A DNA stretch of 64,000 nucleotides from an uncultured delta proteobacterium (GCA_963728565.1 CAVSLC010000013.1:256001-320000), one strand, 5' to 3'; shown: positions 9,082-18,889, numbered from the stretch's first letter. Notes: generated by a model not told the origin, from the sequence alone. Numbers and translations: made by a program.

Positions 9082-10385
9082 TAGTAGGCATTGCAGATCC
9101 AGCATTCCTTACCCCAATTATCGACACCGCCAATCACCATATCGCGCGCGTCAAAGGTGAGTTTTCCTTCGGCCTGCGCCACCGGCGCGCCAGGGTAGCT
9201 GAGAATCTGCACCCGGTCGTACGGGCCGACCAGACGTTGGGCTTCGGGCAGCTCCAACCAGCGGTCGCGGCTCCCAGTGCTTACCACGGCGTCGGCTTCT
9301 GGAACATAGAACAGCAGCGGCGAATCAACTCCGTCCTTGCCGCCGTACTCATAGGTTACCAGCACCGTGGCGATCCCGCGCAGTTCACACGCGCGCACCG
9401 TCAGCATCACGTCCACGAAGGCGTTACCGGAACCTAGCCAGGCCACGATCGCCCCCTGCGCACCAAGAGTCGCCGCCAGTTGCGCGGCGTTTTGGGCGAT
9501 CACTTCCTTGCCATGAAAAGTCTCGTAACGAATGCGTTGCAAAATCATACCGCTGAAATTCAAGCGCCGGCCGTGATCGCGGTAAAGCGCCAGCACCAGA
9601 GGATGATTCTGCCAATCCCAGGTAATCGGAAAATAACCGATGCCGCGGGTGGCATTGACTGCCATGGCACAGTCGAGCAACTCGTTGGGATGAACCACGG
9701 TCGAGAGCGATTCTCGTATCGGCAGACCGTAATAGCTCACACCTGAATGAACATGATGATCGTCGGTCAAACAGCCTTGAACCAAGACCACGTTCGGCAA
9801 ATCCGCATGCCTTTGGCTGAGATCGAAAACCTCTACGTTCTCGGCCTCAATGCCGATGGTCGTCTCGGCAACACGGCGGGCAACTTGGAACTCAGCGGTT
9901 TGAATTGCCGTGTGCGCATCGAGTTCCGAAAGCCCATCGCGCAGCTTCATGATCAACACCAGATGCGAAAGGCCGCCAAATTTTGACGCCGCCGCGCCCG
10001 CTCCCCATGTATCGAGGAGGGCGCTTCGCTGCACGCCCAGTCCGGCTCTAACGGTTCCCTCGTACGCCGCCGTCGCGATCACAGCCATGCCGGATAAGCG
10101 ATGGGTGCGACCGGCGCCGACCGCTTCCACCGGTCCGAGTATCCCGGGAAACACCTGACCGTTGCCGCTAACTTTCACCCGGGGCTCAACGATGTCGCGA
10201 ATACCGGTGATGCGCACCTTGTCGCCAGGACAAACCACAGCCAAGGATGCTTCGGCGATTCGCCCGTCACGCAGGATTATTTCCTCCAGCGCAGGTTGAT
10301 CGATCGCGAGCGTTCCGGCGCGGTATTCAAATGTCCGGCCCAGACGGATCTCTTTGACCGGGTAATCAGCCAGTTCGAGTCGCAT
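9081..10385 (-). CDS. grdE: Glycine/sarcosine/betaine reductase component B proprotein-like, paralog 1
   Basis: RITGIRDIVEPRVK, FPG, GRTHRLSG, HPNELLD..NHP, GSGN and EYGGKDG motifs. Confidence 0.85.
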   Translation of the reverse strand: MRLELADYPVKEIRLGRTFEYRAGTLAIDQPALEEIILRDGRIAEASLAVVCPGDKVRITGIRDIVEPRVKVSGNGQVFPGILGPVEAVGAGRTHRLSGMAVIATAAYEGTVRAGLGVQRSALLDTWGAGAAASKFGGLSHLVLIMKLRDGLSELDAHTAIQTAEFQVARRVAETTIGIEAENVEVFDLSQRHADLPNVVLVQGCLTDDHHVHSGVSYYGLPIRESLSTVVHPNELLDCAMAVNATRGIGYFPITWDWQNHPLVLALYRDHGRRLNFSGMILQRIRYETFHGKEVIAQNAAQLAATLGAQGAIVAWLGSGNAFVDVMLTVRACELRGIATVLVTYEYGGKDGVDSPLLFYVPEADAVVSTGSRDRWLELPEAQRLVGPYDRVQILSYPGAPVAQAEGKLTFDARDMVIGGVDNWGKECWICNAY

Positions 10386-10391
10386 GCTTGC

Positions 10392-11732
10392 TTACCCGCT
10401 CACCGCCATATTCGGGGTAAATAGCGTCGGTCCCGTGACTTCGGATTCCAGCGCTTTCAACGCGGTCTGAACGATCTCGCGCCGCAGCCGCGCATCGAGA
10501 TCTTGCGGCAGGCTCGGATCGCCGCAAGGATGAGGTATGCTGACGCCTTTAACGATCCGGTTGGCCCGTACCTGCTCCGCCACCGGATACATCGCGCTTA
10601 CCAAGGCTACCGGAAGTCCCGCCTTCTCGAGTTCTTTGCTCATCACAGCGCCGCTGCGACTACAAGTCCCTCACGTGGCGACAAAGAGCACGCCCTCGAC
10701 ATTGTCCTTCTTCAGATCGGCGGCAATTTCCTGGCCGACGCGGCGCATCACCGCGGGGGAGCCCTGATTGCCTGGAATAACGTAATACGCCGGATACAGT
10801 TTGCCGGCGCCGATCACCCCTTCCGATTCTAACGACCGAAGCGCATCCAGCGGCACGCCATAGTGCGGATTCTTGTTCATGTAGGCGACATTATAGCCGC
10901 CGTGAACAGCTTCCCATTTTCCCGGTTCAAGCTCTTTGAGCTCGGCAATGTTGTATTTACGCCAGTGGGTGTTGCGGTAGGTTTTGAACCGATCCGGATT
11001 GCCCCAGGGAACGACGCCGCTGGTGGTGATGACGGCAATGTTGCGGGCTTTTAAATTATCGAGAGGCGGAGCCGGCGCGATATCGTCCCAGGCCTCCATC
11101 GGCACTTCAGTAGTGAAGGGCTCATGATTGATCTTTTTCAGCAACATATCGATGGCGCGATCGGCGCCGCTCCGATCAGTTTTTTCCAAACGCCGGATAC
11201 CGCGGCTCAAGTAACCTTCCTGCAACGCCGGCCCGATGGTCTCGCCTCGAGCCAGGCGAGAGACAAATTTCGCCACCGCCTTGAGCGCATCGGTCATGCC
11301 GGCGGCGGTCTCTGTTGTCGGTAAACAGAAAACCCGAGGATCGGCCAGGTCGCGATAAGTGCCGATGGCTGGATTTTCTTCGTGCATTGCGGTGACGCAG
11401 GGAATTTCCAATGTCGTGGCAACGGCGTGACAAATCTCGATGCAGCTCATGCCGTAACGTCCGGAATTAAACGCCGGACCGGCGACTAGCGCTTGCGCTC
11501 CCTGAGAGCGAACCGCTTCGAGGATTGCCTTGAGGGCTTCCTCACTATGATCGTGAAAGTAGTTGTCCCCATAATAGATCGTGCATGCGACCTTGGTGTC
11601 AGCGCCGAGCTGTGACTGCAGCCCGCGCGCCGCGCCGGCGGCCTCTTCGATCATGCCGACAGACATGCCCGCCTTCTCTTCGCCTCCAAACCCGGCAAAG
11701 AACTGATTAACGACATGGACGATTGTGGTCAT
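10392..11732 (-). CDS. grdB: Reductase selenoprotein B (446 aa, Sec at TGA 10671-10673)
   Basis: VNQFFAGFGGEEKA, GPAFNSGRYG and HGGY motifs. VAT-TGA-GTCSRSGAVMSKELEKAGLP..IPHPCGDP joins two track ORFs in frame. Confidence 0.93.
10644..10658 (-). promoter_or_regulatory. Putative SECIS of grdB
   Basis: CGCAGC-GGC-GCTGTG hairpin with a G-containing loop 18 nt after the UGA. Confidence 0.55.
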
Positions 11733-11857
11733 CAGGAAATCCTCCTTTGCAACGACCCGTTAAATAGAAGCACCCTATCATCTTTCGCGTATTCATCGAT
11801 AGCCGCGGCCGCGGCCGAAAGGCTGGCTCCTTCGCTCCAGTTACGGGATTATCTCTT

Positions 11858-11984
11858 GCAAGATGCTCAAAAAGACCTCAAAGGCAAGGCGCGCGAAGTT
11901 CGATGAGCTGAGGCGTACGCTTCAGTACGTTGAAGCGAGTCGTGCGAGCGCAACGACGCGTATGAGTCTTTTTCAGCATCTTGC
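11858..11984. repeat. ~127-bp palindromic element, copy 2
   Basis: Highly similar to 8955-9081; arms GCAAGATGCTCAAAAAGAC / GTCTTTTTCAGCATCTTGC. Abuts a TAG stop. Confidence 0.85.
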
Positions 11985-13291
11985 TAGTAATCCCTGCATA
12001 CCCATCCCTGCTCGCCCCAAATATCGGCTCCACCGATGATCACATCCCTTCCCTCCAGCGACAGAGCACCGCGGGCTGGACTCGCAGGCACGCCCGGATA
12101 GGATAATACTTTGATCTCGTCGTACGGACCGAGTACTTTGTCCATCGCCGGGAGCTCGACGCCGCGATCCAAGCTGCCGGTCGTGACCACGCCATCGGCT
12201 TCCGGCAAATAGAAAAGCAGCGGGCTATCGCGGCCTTCCTTGCCGCCATGTTCATAGGTCACCAACACCGTTTTGATTCCATTACGCTCGCACGCCTGCA
12301 CCGTCAGCATGACATCGACGAAAGCATTGCCGCCGCCGATCCAGGTCAGCAGCGCTCCGTCGGCGCGAAACATTTTCGCCAGCCGCGCAGCATTCTGCGC
12401 GCCGACTTCTTTCCCGTGCGCAGTCTCGAAACGGATGCGCTGCAAAATCACGCCGGCAAAGTTGAGATCTCTTCCATGGGCTTCGTACAGGCGCAGCACC
12501 AGCGGATGATTCTGCCAGTCCCACGTAGTTGGATAGTATCCGCGGCCTGAACGAGTGGTGTCCACGGTGATCGCGCCGTCAAAGAGCTCATTGGGATGGA
12601 GGAAGGTCGCCATCGATTGGCGCAGCGACAGGCCATAGTAGCCAACTCCCGAGTGAACATGCTGCGGATCGGTAATACAGCCTTGGACCAGCATCACTCT
12701 GGGCAAGCCGGGAGTTTCCGCGCTCAGATCGAAGCGGCGAACCGATTCAGGCGAGAGTCCAACCGTTACTTGCGCCAGCCGTCGGGCGACTTTGTATTCG
12801 GCCAATTGAATCGCGGTATGCGCATCCAATTCTCCCAGGCCAGAGGCGAGGCGAAAGCTCACCACCAGATGCGCGTGCGCGCTGAAGCGCGAGATCTCTG
12901 CTGCGGCTCCCGTCATATCTAAAATGGCGCTGCGCTGCACGGTGGTGCCGGCGCGGATGGTGCCTTCGTACGCTGCCGCCGCAATCACCGTCATTCCTGA
13001 AAGCCGGTGCGTCGTCCCCTCTCCCACATCGGCCACCGGCCCGAGAACGCCAGGAAAGACCTGGCCGTTTCCCGAAACCTTATAGCGCGGCTCGACGATA
13101 TCGCGAATGCCGGTGATGCGGGTTTTCTCCCCGGGCATGGCCGCGGTGAGCGAAACGTTAGTAATGCGCGGATCCTGGAGCACCAGATCCACCAGTTCGG
13201 CTTCGTCCATATCCAATGTGCCGTTCCGGTAGGCGAAACGCCCTCCCAGGCGTAAATGCTTGACCGGAAATTCGGCGACATCGAGTTTCAT
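11984..13291 (-). CDS. grdE: GrdE-like component B protein, paralog 2
   Basis: Same motifs as 9081-10385; clear paralog. Confidence 0.85.
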   Translation of the reverse strand: MKLDVAEFPVKHLRLGGRFAYRNGTLDMDEAELVDLVLQDPRITNVSLTAAMPGEKTRITGIRDIVEPRYKVSGNGQVFPGVLGPVADVGEGTTHRLSGMTVIAAAAYEGTIRAGTTVQRSAILDMTGAAAEISRFSAHAHLVVSFRLASGLGELDAHTAIQLAEYKVARRLAQVTVGLSPESVRRFDLSAETPGLPRVMLVQGCITDPQHVHSGVGYYGLSLRQSMATFLHPNELFDGAITVDTTRSGRGYYPTTWDWQNHPLVLRLYEAHGRDLNFAGVILQRIRFETAHGKEVGAQNAARLAKMFRADGALLTWIGGGNAFVDVMLTVQACERNGIKTVLVTYEHGGKEGRDSPLLFYLPEADGVVTTGSLDRGVELPAMDKVLGPYDEIKVLSYPGVPASPARGALSLEGRDVIIGGADIWGEQGWVCRDY

Positions 13292-13322
13292 AATCTAGCG
13301 TGAATAGTTCACCAACGAAAGA

Positions 13323-13501
13323 CGATCAAGGGGCGAACCCTCCGGAACGAAGGCGATGGGCCTTTGCCTTGAGGCGGCCTGCGAACTGAAGTTCGGGAGC
13401 AAGCGCCTGGGAAATAATTTGACTTCACCGCCAAACACCATAAAATTATTTGAAGCTGTTCAGCTCCGCGCCTTCGCTCCTCCGAATTCTCCCCTTGATC
13501 G
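13323..13501. repeat. ~180-bp long inverted-repeat element
   Basis: CGATCAAGGGG..CCCCTTGATCG ends, with nested CGAAGGCG/CGCCTTCG and AAATAATTT/AAATTATTT pairs. Confidence 0.65.
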
Positions 13502-13529
13502 ACACCCTTGTCGTGAGCGTACCAGCCCC

Positions 13530-14603
13530 CTATCGCGCACCGACTAGCTTGGCAAATTCTTCGACGTAGGCTTTGAGATTAGGCCCGAGCTTGGGAGTTA
13601 CCACGTAGTCAGGCTGGAGTTGAAATTCCTGGAATTTGCTGCGCACTCCCTTCATCGCAACCCCTTTCCCGAGTTTGCCTGCCAACACTGTTTGCCCCTC
13701 TTCCGATAGTACCCAATCGGCGAAAAGCAATGCCGCATGCGGGTGCGGCGAGTTCCTGGCGAGAAACAGGCCCTCGGGCTTTACGATCTTCGGCGCCAAT
13801 ACTTTGAATCCCAACGGCGCTCCCTTGTCGCGGATGGCCGCGGAGGTTTCGCCATTGATAGCGATGCCGATGGGATACTCGCCTGAACTCACCACCTGAG
13901 TGGTCAAAGCGCCGCCGCGCCTGAAGCTGAGATCCTGCTTGCGCAGCTTCGTCAGATAGTCCACCGATTTCTCCCGTCCCCATGCCTGCTCCATCGCTGC
14001 CAGAATGTAGCCGGCTTCAGGGTCGAACAGCAGTTTGCCTTTCCACGACGGATCGAGAAGCGCGTCATAAGTTTGCGGCACCGACTCGGCCTTGACCAAA
14101 GTTGTGTTGTAAACCAACGCGGTGGTCAAATAATACATGCTATGCCACGAGCCGCTCGGATCGTAGGTGCCATCATAGAATCGCTCCCGAGCGGCCATGG
14201 CGTAAGAATGGACTAAATTGTCATTGATAAGCTGGTAGCCGTAGCTCGAATCGACCTGGATCGCGTCCACGGCATGGCTGCCGGCGCGCGCCTCGGTGAG
14301 CGAGCGGTTAAGGATTCCCTCGCGTGGCGCGTAGTAGTGTTTTAGATTCAAGAATGGATAGCGCGCATTGAAAGCCTTGCCGAGTTCGCTAAATTCATTG
14401 ACCAAAATAGTTCCGTAATAAACCAGCTCGCCTTCCTTTTGAGCTCCCTTGACGAGAAAATTTTGTTTGTCCTGAGGATTTAGCATGCTGACTTTCGCCG
14501 TCACCTCTGACATAGTCGCTGCGCCGCTAGTGTCTGCCATAAGAATGAACAGTAATGATTGGCATAGCGTTAAAACTCCGAGGCCCTTTATCATTTTACG
14601 CAC
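13530..14603 (-). CDS. ABC extracellular solute-binding protein (Fe3+/thiamine-like family)
   Basis: Signal peptide; EGELVYY, LLDPSWKGK and PHPHAALLFADWVLSEEGQ motifs. Confidence 0.85.
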   Translation of the reverse strand: MRKMIKGLGVLTLCQSLLFILMADTSGAATMSEVTAKVSMLNPQDKQNFLVKGAQKEGELVYYGTILVNEFSELGKAFNARYPFLNLKHYYAPREGILNRSLTEARAGSHAVDAIQVDSSYGYQLINDNLVHSYAMAARERFYDGTYDPSGSWHSMYYLTTALVYNTTLVKAESVPQTYDALLDPSWKGKLLFDPEAGYILAAMEQAWGREKSVDYLTKLRKQDLSFRRGGALTTQVVSSGEYPIGIAINGETSAAIRDKGAPLGFKVLAPKIVKPEGLFLARNSPHPHAALLFADWVLSEEGQTVLAGKLGKGVAMKGVRSKFQEFQLQPDYVVTPKLGPNLKAYVEEFAKLVGAR

Positions 14604-14745
14604 CGTCGTACCTGCCTTTCACTCGCCTAATATCATCGAACCAGTATCATTCAAATTGATTCTTAGATGCTTCAACCAAATCCGCAGGAATGGATACTGT
14701 TTGCTCCCCGCTTGATGCTTGCGTCGGTTGAACTGCAGTAAGCGA

Positions 14746-16050
14746 TCAGTAAGCATCGCATCGCCAGCTTTGACTTCCCCAATTATCGACGCCGCCGATC
14801 AACATGTCGCGCGCATCCAGGGTTATTTCTCCCATCGCTGGCACAACCGGCGCTCCGGGGTAAGTCAAAATCGAAAATTCCTTATACGGTCCGACCACAC
14901 GCTCGGGCGCGGGAAGTTCGAGCCAACGATCTCTACTGCCACTGCTGACTACCGCATCGGCCTGCGGCAGGTAATAAAGCAACGGTGAATCGACACCGTC
15001 CTTGCCACCGAACTCGTAGGTGATCAGCACGGTTTTGATGCCGCGCTGTTCGCAAGCACCAATGGTCAGCATCAATTCAACGAATGCATTGCCGGAACCA
15101 ATCCACGCAACCAGCGCGCCGGCGGCCCCGAGAGTCGCTGCCAGCTGAGACGCGCTATGCGCCGCCACCTCTTTCCCCAGGAAAGTGTCGAACTGAATGC
15201 GTTCGAGGATCACGCCGAGAAAATTAATCTGCTTGCCGTGCTGGCGGCACAATCCGAGCGCCAGCGGATGATTTTGCCAGTCCCAAGTAATCGGGAAATG
15301 GCCGACCGCTCGAGTGGCGGTCACGGTAATCGCGCCGTCGAGCAGTTCGTTGGGGTGCACAAACGTCGCCAGTGAATCGCGAATCGGCAAGCCGTAGTAG
15401 CTCACGCCGGAGTGAACGTTATGGCTATCCGTGAGACAACCTTGAATCAACACGACCGCGGGCAAGTCCGGCCGCGTAGCGCTTAAATCGAAGGCTTCGG
15501 TGCTTTCGGGGTTGTGGCTGACGGTGAGTTCGGCAAGTCGCCGCGCTACCTTCAGCTCCGCGCCTTGAATCGCCTGATGCGCGTCGAGATCGGACAGCGC
15601 TTCTTTAAGGCGCATCACCAGCACCAGCCCGAGCAGCGAACTAAACCGCGAAGCATCCGCGCCCGGTCCCCACATATCCAGGAGCGCGCTTCGCTGCACC
15701 GCCAGACCGGCGCGGACCGTCCCCTCGTAGGCAGCGCTGGCTATCACCGCCATTCCGGAGAGACGATGGGTTGTGCCCTCACCGACATGGTCTACCGGAC
15801 TTAACGTACCCGGAAACACCTGAGTTTGGCAGCCCACTTTCACCCGTGGCTCGACGATATCGCGGATCCCTGTCACCCGGACTTTCTCGCCCGGATGAAC
15901 CACCGCCAGGGATGCATCTTCGATGCGTCGGTCCTCCAACATTAGATCCGTCAAGGCTCGCTGATCCACTTCCACAATCCCGCGGTCATAATGAAACCTT
16001 TTTCCTAGGTGAATCTGCTTTACCGGAAATTCGGCGAGATCTAGCCGCAT
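14746..16050 (-). CDS. grdE: GrdE-like component B protein, paralog 3
   Basis: Start MRLDLAEFP at 16050; paralog of the two above. Confidence 0.85.
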   Translation of the reverse strand: MRLDLAEFPVKQIHLGKRFHYDRGIVEVDQRALTDLMLEDRRIEDASLAVVHPGEKVRVTGIRDIVEPRVKVGCQTQVFPGTLSPVDHVGEGTTHRLSGMAVIASAAYEGTVRAGLAVQRSALLDMWGPGADASRFSSLLGLVLVMRLKEALSDLDAHQAIQGAELKVARRLAELTVSHNPESTEAFDLSATRPDLPAVVLIQGCLTDSHNVHSGVSYYGLPIRDSLATFVHPNELLDGAITVTATRAVGHFPITWDWQNHPLALGLCRQHGKQINFLGVILERIQFDTFLGKEVAAHSASQLAATLGAAGALVAWIGSGNAFVELMLTIGACEQRGIKTVLITYEFGGKDGVDSPLLYYLPQADAVVSSGSRDRWLELPAPERVVGPYKEFSILTYPGAPVVPAMGEITLDARDMLIGGVDNWGSQSWRCDAY

Positions 16051-16054
16051 CGGT

Positions 16055-17047
16055 TTACCGCGAACGTTCAAAGGCACCTTCTTTCTCTAGCTTGCGGACG
16101 AGCCGATCGTCGACCAAGTCTTCGGCTTTGAGCTGGCGAATTTTCTCGTTGCTGGTTCCGAGCAGGCGGATGGCATTGCGGATGCCGTCGGCGTTTGGAT
16201 AAATGCGCCGCTCATAAAGCGTCCGCATGAGCTCATAGCCTTCTTCCGCATCCTCGAATCGCGCCAAACGCAGTCCTTTATGGAGACTGGTCATGACGCT
16301 GGTCTTGTTTTCCGGCTTCTCGATGTATGCCGTAGCCTGGGTCATGGCTCGAAGCACCTTTTCAACCGTTTCCGGTGACGATTTGAGAAAGCTCCGCCGC
16401 ACGAAGACGCCGGTGCTTTGATAGGGAATCTTCAAGCTGGCAAGATCGGCGAGCACATTGAATCCCTGACGCTTCATGAGCGCTCCGAAGGTATAGCCCA
16501 AGTAAGTACCCTCGATCAGGTTGGTGGCCAGCGCCTGGGCTAGAACCGCTTCATCGCCGACGATTCTGAAGTTGACTCCATCACGTTTGGGCTCGATGCC
16601 CCAGTGATCCAACACCAGCATGGTAATCATCCAGATGCCGCCGCCGATGCTTTGGACGCCGATGTTCCGGCCTTTCAACTGTGCGGGAGTTTTGATCTGC
16701 GGATGAACGACGAACGTACCGGTAAGCCGATTGACCAATCCGGCAACGAATACACCGTCCAAGCCGCCGGCCACCGCGCCAAGCGTAACGCCCGTGCCGG
16801 AACCGAAATAAAATTGCGACTCACCTGCGGCTAACGCCGAAAGCGCAACGTTCCCCGCGCGGACATACACAAGGCGCGCGTCCAGATCCTGTTTGCGGAA
16901 AAACCCCTGGTCCTGAGCAACGAGAAGAGCGCCCGCGGTCCGTTCATTGAAACTGGCGTATGAAATCACCGTCTGCGTAGCCGCTTGGACGTATGAAGCT
17001 ATAAGTAGCAGCGCAAGGGTGAAACTTATTCGAAGACGCATGATCAA
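16055..17047 (-). CDS. ABC substrate-binding protein, SsuA/THI5/NMT1-like
   Basis: Signal peptide; AQDQGFFRKQDL and LKGRNIGV motifs. Confidence 0.82.
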   Translation of the reverse strand: MIMRLRISFTLALLLIASYVQAATQTVISYASFNERTAGALLVAQDQGFFRKQDLDARLVYVRAGNVALSALAAGESQFYFGSGTGVTLGAVAGGLDGVFVAGLVNRLTGTFVVHPQIKTPAQLKGRNIGVQSIGGGIWMITMLVLDHWGIEPKRDGVNFRIVGDEAVLAQALATNLIEGTYLGYTFGALMKRQGFNVLADLASLKIPYQSTGVFVRRSFLKSSPETVEKVLRAMTQATAYIEKPENKTSVMTSLHKGLRLARFEDAEEGYELMRTLYERRIYPNADGIRNAIRLLGTSNEKIRQLKAEDLVDDRLVRKLEKEGAFERSR

Positions 17048-17072
17048 CCTCCAGGTTTCTTATACTACTAGT

Positions 17073-17252
17073 GTTCAAAGGTTCAAACGTTCAACAGTTC
17101 AACGTCGGACACAGTAGCAGGTTCGAACCGTTCCAACGTTAAAACCCAGATTGGGCCGGTGGCTTTCTTCGCTTGAACATCTGGGACAATTGGCGCGTTT
17201 GTAACCTTCAGCAAATCTGTCATTGAACGTTTGAAACTATGAACTGTTGAAC
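17073..17252. repeat. GTTCAA short tandem repeats with inverted TTGAAC repeats at the far end
   Basis: gttcaaag-gttcaaac-gttcaaca-gttcaac ... ttgaac-gtttgaaac-tatgaac-tgttgaac. Confidence 0.75.
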
Positions 17253-17271
17253 GGGACCGCACTGTATGACC

Positions 17272-17396
17272 TCGGGCGAGCAAGAAGGCTCATATGCGAG
17301 TCGCGCGATGGTCGATGAGCGCAGGCGTACATAGTCAGTACGTCGAAGCGAATCGGGCGAGCGCAACGAAGTAGATGAGCCTTATCGCTCGTCCGA
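17272..17396. repeat. ~125-bp palindromic element, copy 3 (same core, different arms)
   Basis: Core cgatgagc..aggcgtac..cagtacgtcgaagcga..gcgagcgcaacga; arms TCGGGCGAGC..GGCTCAT / ATGAGCC..GCTCGTCCGA. Abuts the ubiD stop. Confidence 0.8.
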
Positions 17397-18842
17397 TCAC
17401 GCCCAGTAGGTGGTGCGGTCAACGGGAATATGCTGCAGAATCTCTACCGGCACATATTCTTCAAGGCGGATTCTGGCGAGAGCCTCTTCCGGACATTGGG
17501 ACACCGGCGAGAACGGCCTGTCGAGCGGGCGGGTGGCGTCGATGATCATTGCCGAGGTTAACCGGGGGCTGTCCAGCGATGGATCGATGAGACTGGCGCG
17601 CATGATTTCGCCAATGATCGAGACTTGGCGGTGGGGCTGAACCCGTGTCGCCAGCGCCCAGAGAATTTCCGTTGGATTGTAAACATCGATATCCTCGTCG
17701 AAGACGAAGACGTTCTTACACCAATCCCATGTCAAAACCGCGGCGGCCGCACGACCGGGATCTCCTTCGGACATTTTTTTCATTGAGATAAACACATTCA
17801 ACAGCGCATGACGGCCGCTGGTACACACAGCTTGAACGTTGGGCACCGCTTCGCGGCATCGGCGCAGATACGCGCCTTCGCGCGCCAGGTCCATCCACGG
17901 CTTGTCGCCCTCGGGCGTGAGAATCGACATGTGCATCGCGTCCCGCCGGCGCGTAATCGCCCGCACTTCGTAACAAGCCGATTGCTGAAACCCCTGCATG
18001 CCCAGATAGCCGTTCACCTCGCCGAACGGACCTTCGACCATGCGCTTTCCCGGCAGCAACGCGCCTTCAATGACTACTTCGGCATCAGCAGGAACGAGTA
18101 GACGCTCACCCCATGTTTCCGACGCCGTCAAGCGTAGCGGCTCCTGCAAATAGCCGCCGATAATTTCATACTCGCTGATCTCGAACGGACCGCCATAGCA
18201 GGCGCCCATTTGATAGCCGGGATGATGGCCGATCACCGTGGCTACCGGGCATTCTTCGGCGGCTTCTTCGTAGCCGCGGAAAATGCGCCACATATGCTGC
18301 AAGGTCATCAGGAAGCCGGTATGGTTTCGATCCTTGACTTCCATCCTATGATACGAAGCGTTATAGACGCCGCTGTTGCGATCCCGAGCAACGCTCGACA
18401 TATCGATATAAGGCCCGCCATCCATCTCGTGATGGCGCATCAACGGCAACTGGTAAAGATCTACCTCGTCGCCGTTCTGAATGACTTCTTTAACCGGCGC
18501 CGCATCCCGATCGACGAGAATGGGCGCGATTCTTCCTGCTTCGCGGCGCAGGATCTCGCGCGCCATCTCCGCGCGATCCATCTCCTTGGGCACACCCAAG
18601 GCCACCTGCACTTTCTTCTGAGTGTTTTCCGTGCCGATCACGAGTTTGATGCCGCTTGACTGTCCATGCGCGTTGAGTGGCTGTTGGAACAGCAAAACGG
18701 GAAATCTCTTGAGCGCGCCGAGCTGTTTGACGATCGCAGTCACATCGTAAGCAAGCGGATCGACGGCCTTTGAAATCGTCACGATTTCATTGGGATAAAT
18801 CCGGCGCATATCGTCGAGGAAAGTGCGTAAGGATTTTGCCAT
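17397..18842 (-). CDS. UbiD-family (prFMN-dependent) decarboxylase
   Basis: DGGPYI, YHRM, EGPFGE, DEDIDVY..WALATR and IIDAT motifs. Confidence 0.9.
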   Translation of the reverse strand: MAKSLRTFLDDMRRIYPNEIVTISKAVDPLAYDVTAIVKQLGALKRFPVLLFQQPLNAHGQSSGIKLVIGTENTQKKVQVALGVPKEMDRAEMAREILRREAGRIAPILVDRDAAPVKEVIQNGDEVDLYQLPLMRHHEMDGGPYIDMSSVARDRNSGVYNASYHRMEVKDRNHTGFLMTLQHMWRIFRGYEEAAEECPVATVIGHHPGYQMGACYGGPFEISEYEIIGGYLQEPLRLTASETWGERLLVPADAEVVIEGALLPGKRMVEGPFGEVNGYLGMQGFQQSACYEVRAITRRRDAMHMSILTPEGDKPWMDLAREGAYLRRCREAVPNVQAVCTSGRHALLNVFISMKKMSEGDPGRAAAAVLTWDWCKNVFVFDEDIDVYNPTEILWALATRVQPHRQVSIIGEIMRASLIDPSLDSPRLTSAMIIDATRPLDRPFSPVSQCPEEALARIRLEEYVPVEILQHIPVDRTTYWA

Positions 18843-18861
18843 GGAATTGATTTCCCCTCAT

Positions 18862-18889
18862 GTACGACCGATTCATGAATCGCCCGTAC
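18862..18889. repeat. REP-like palindrome
   Basis: GTACGACCGATTCATGAATCGCCCGTAC with perfect core CGATTCATGAATCG. Confidence 0.7.
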
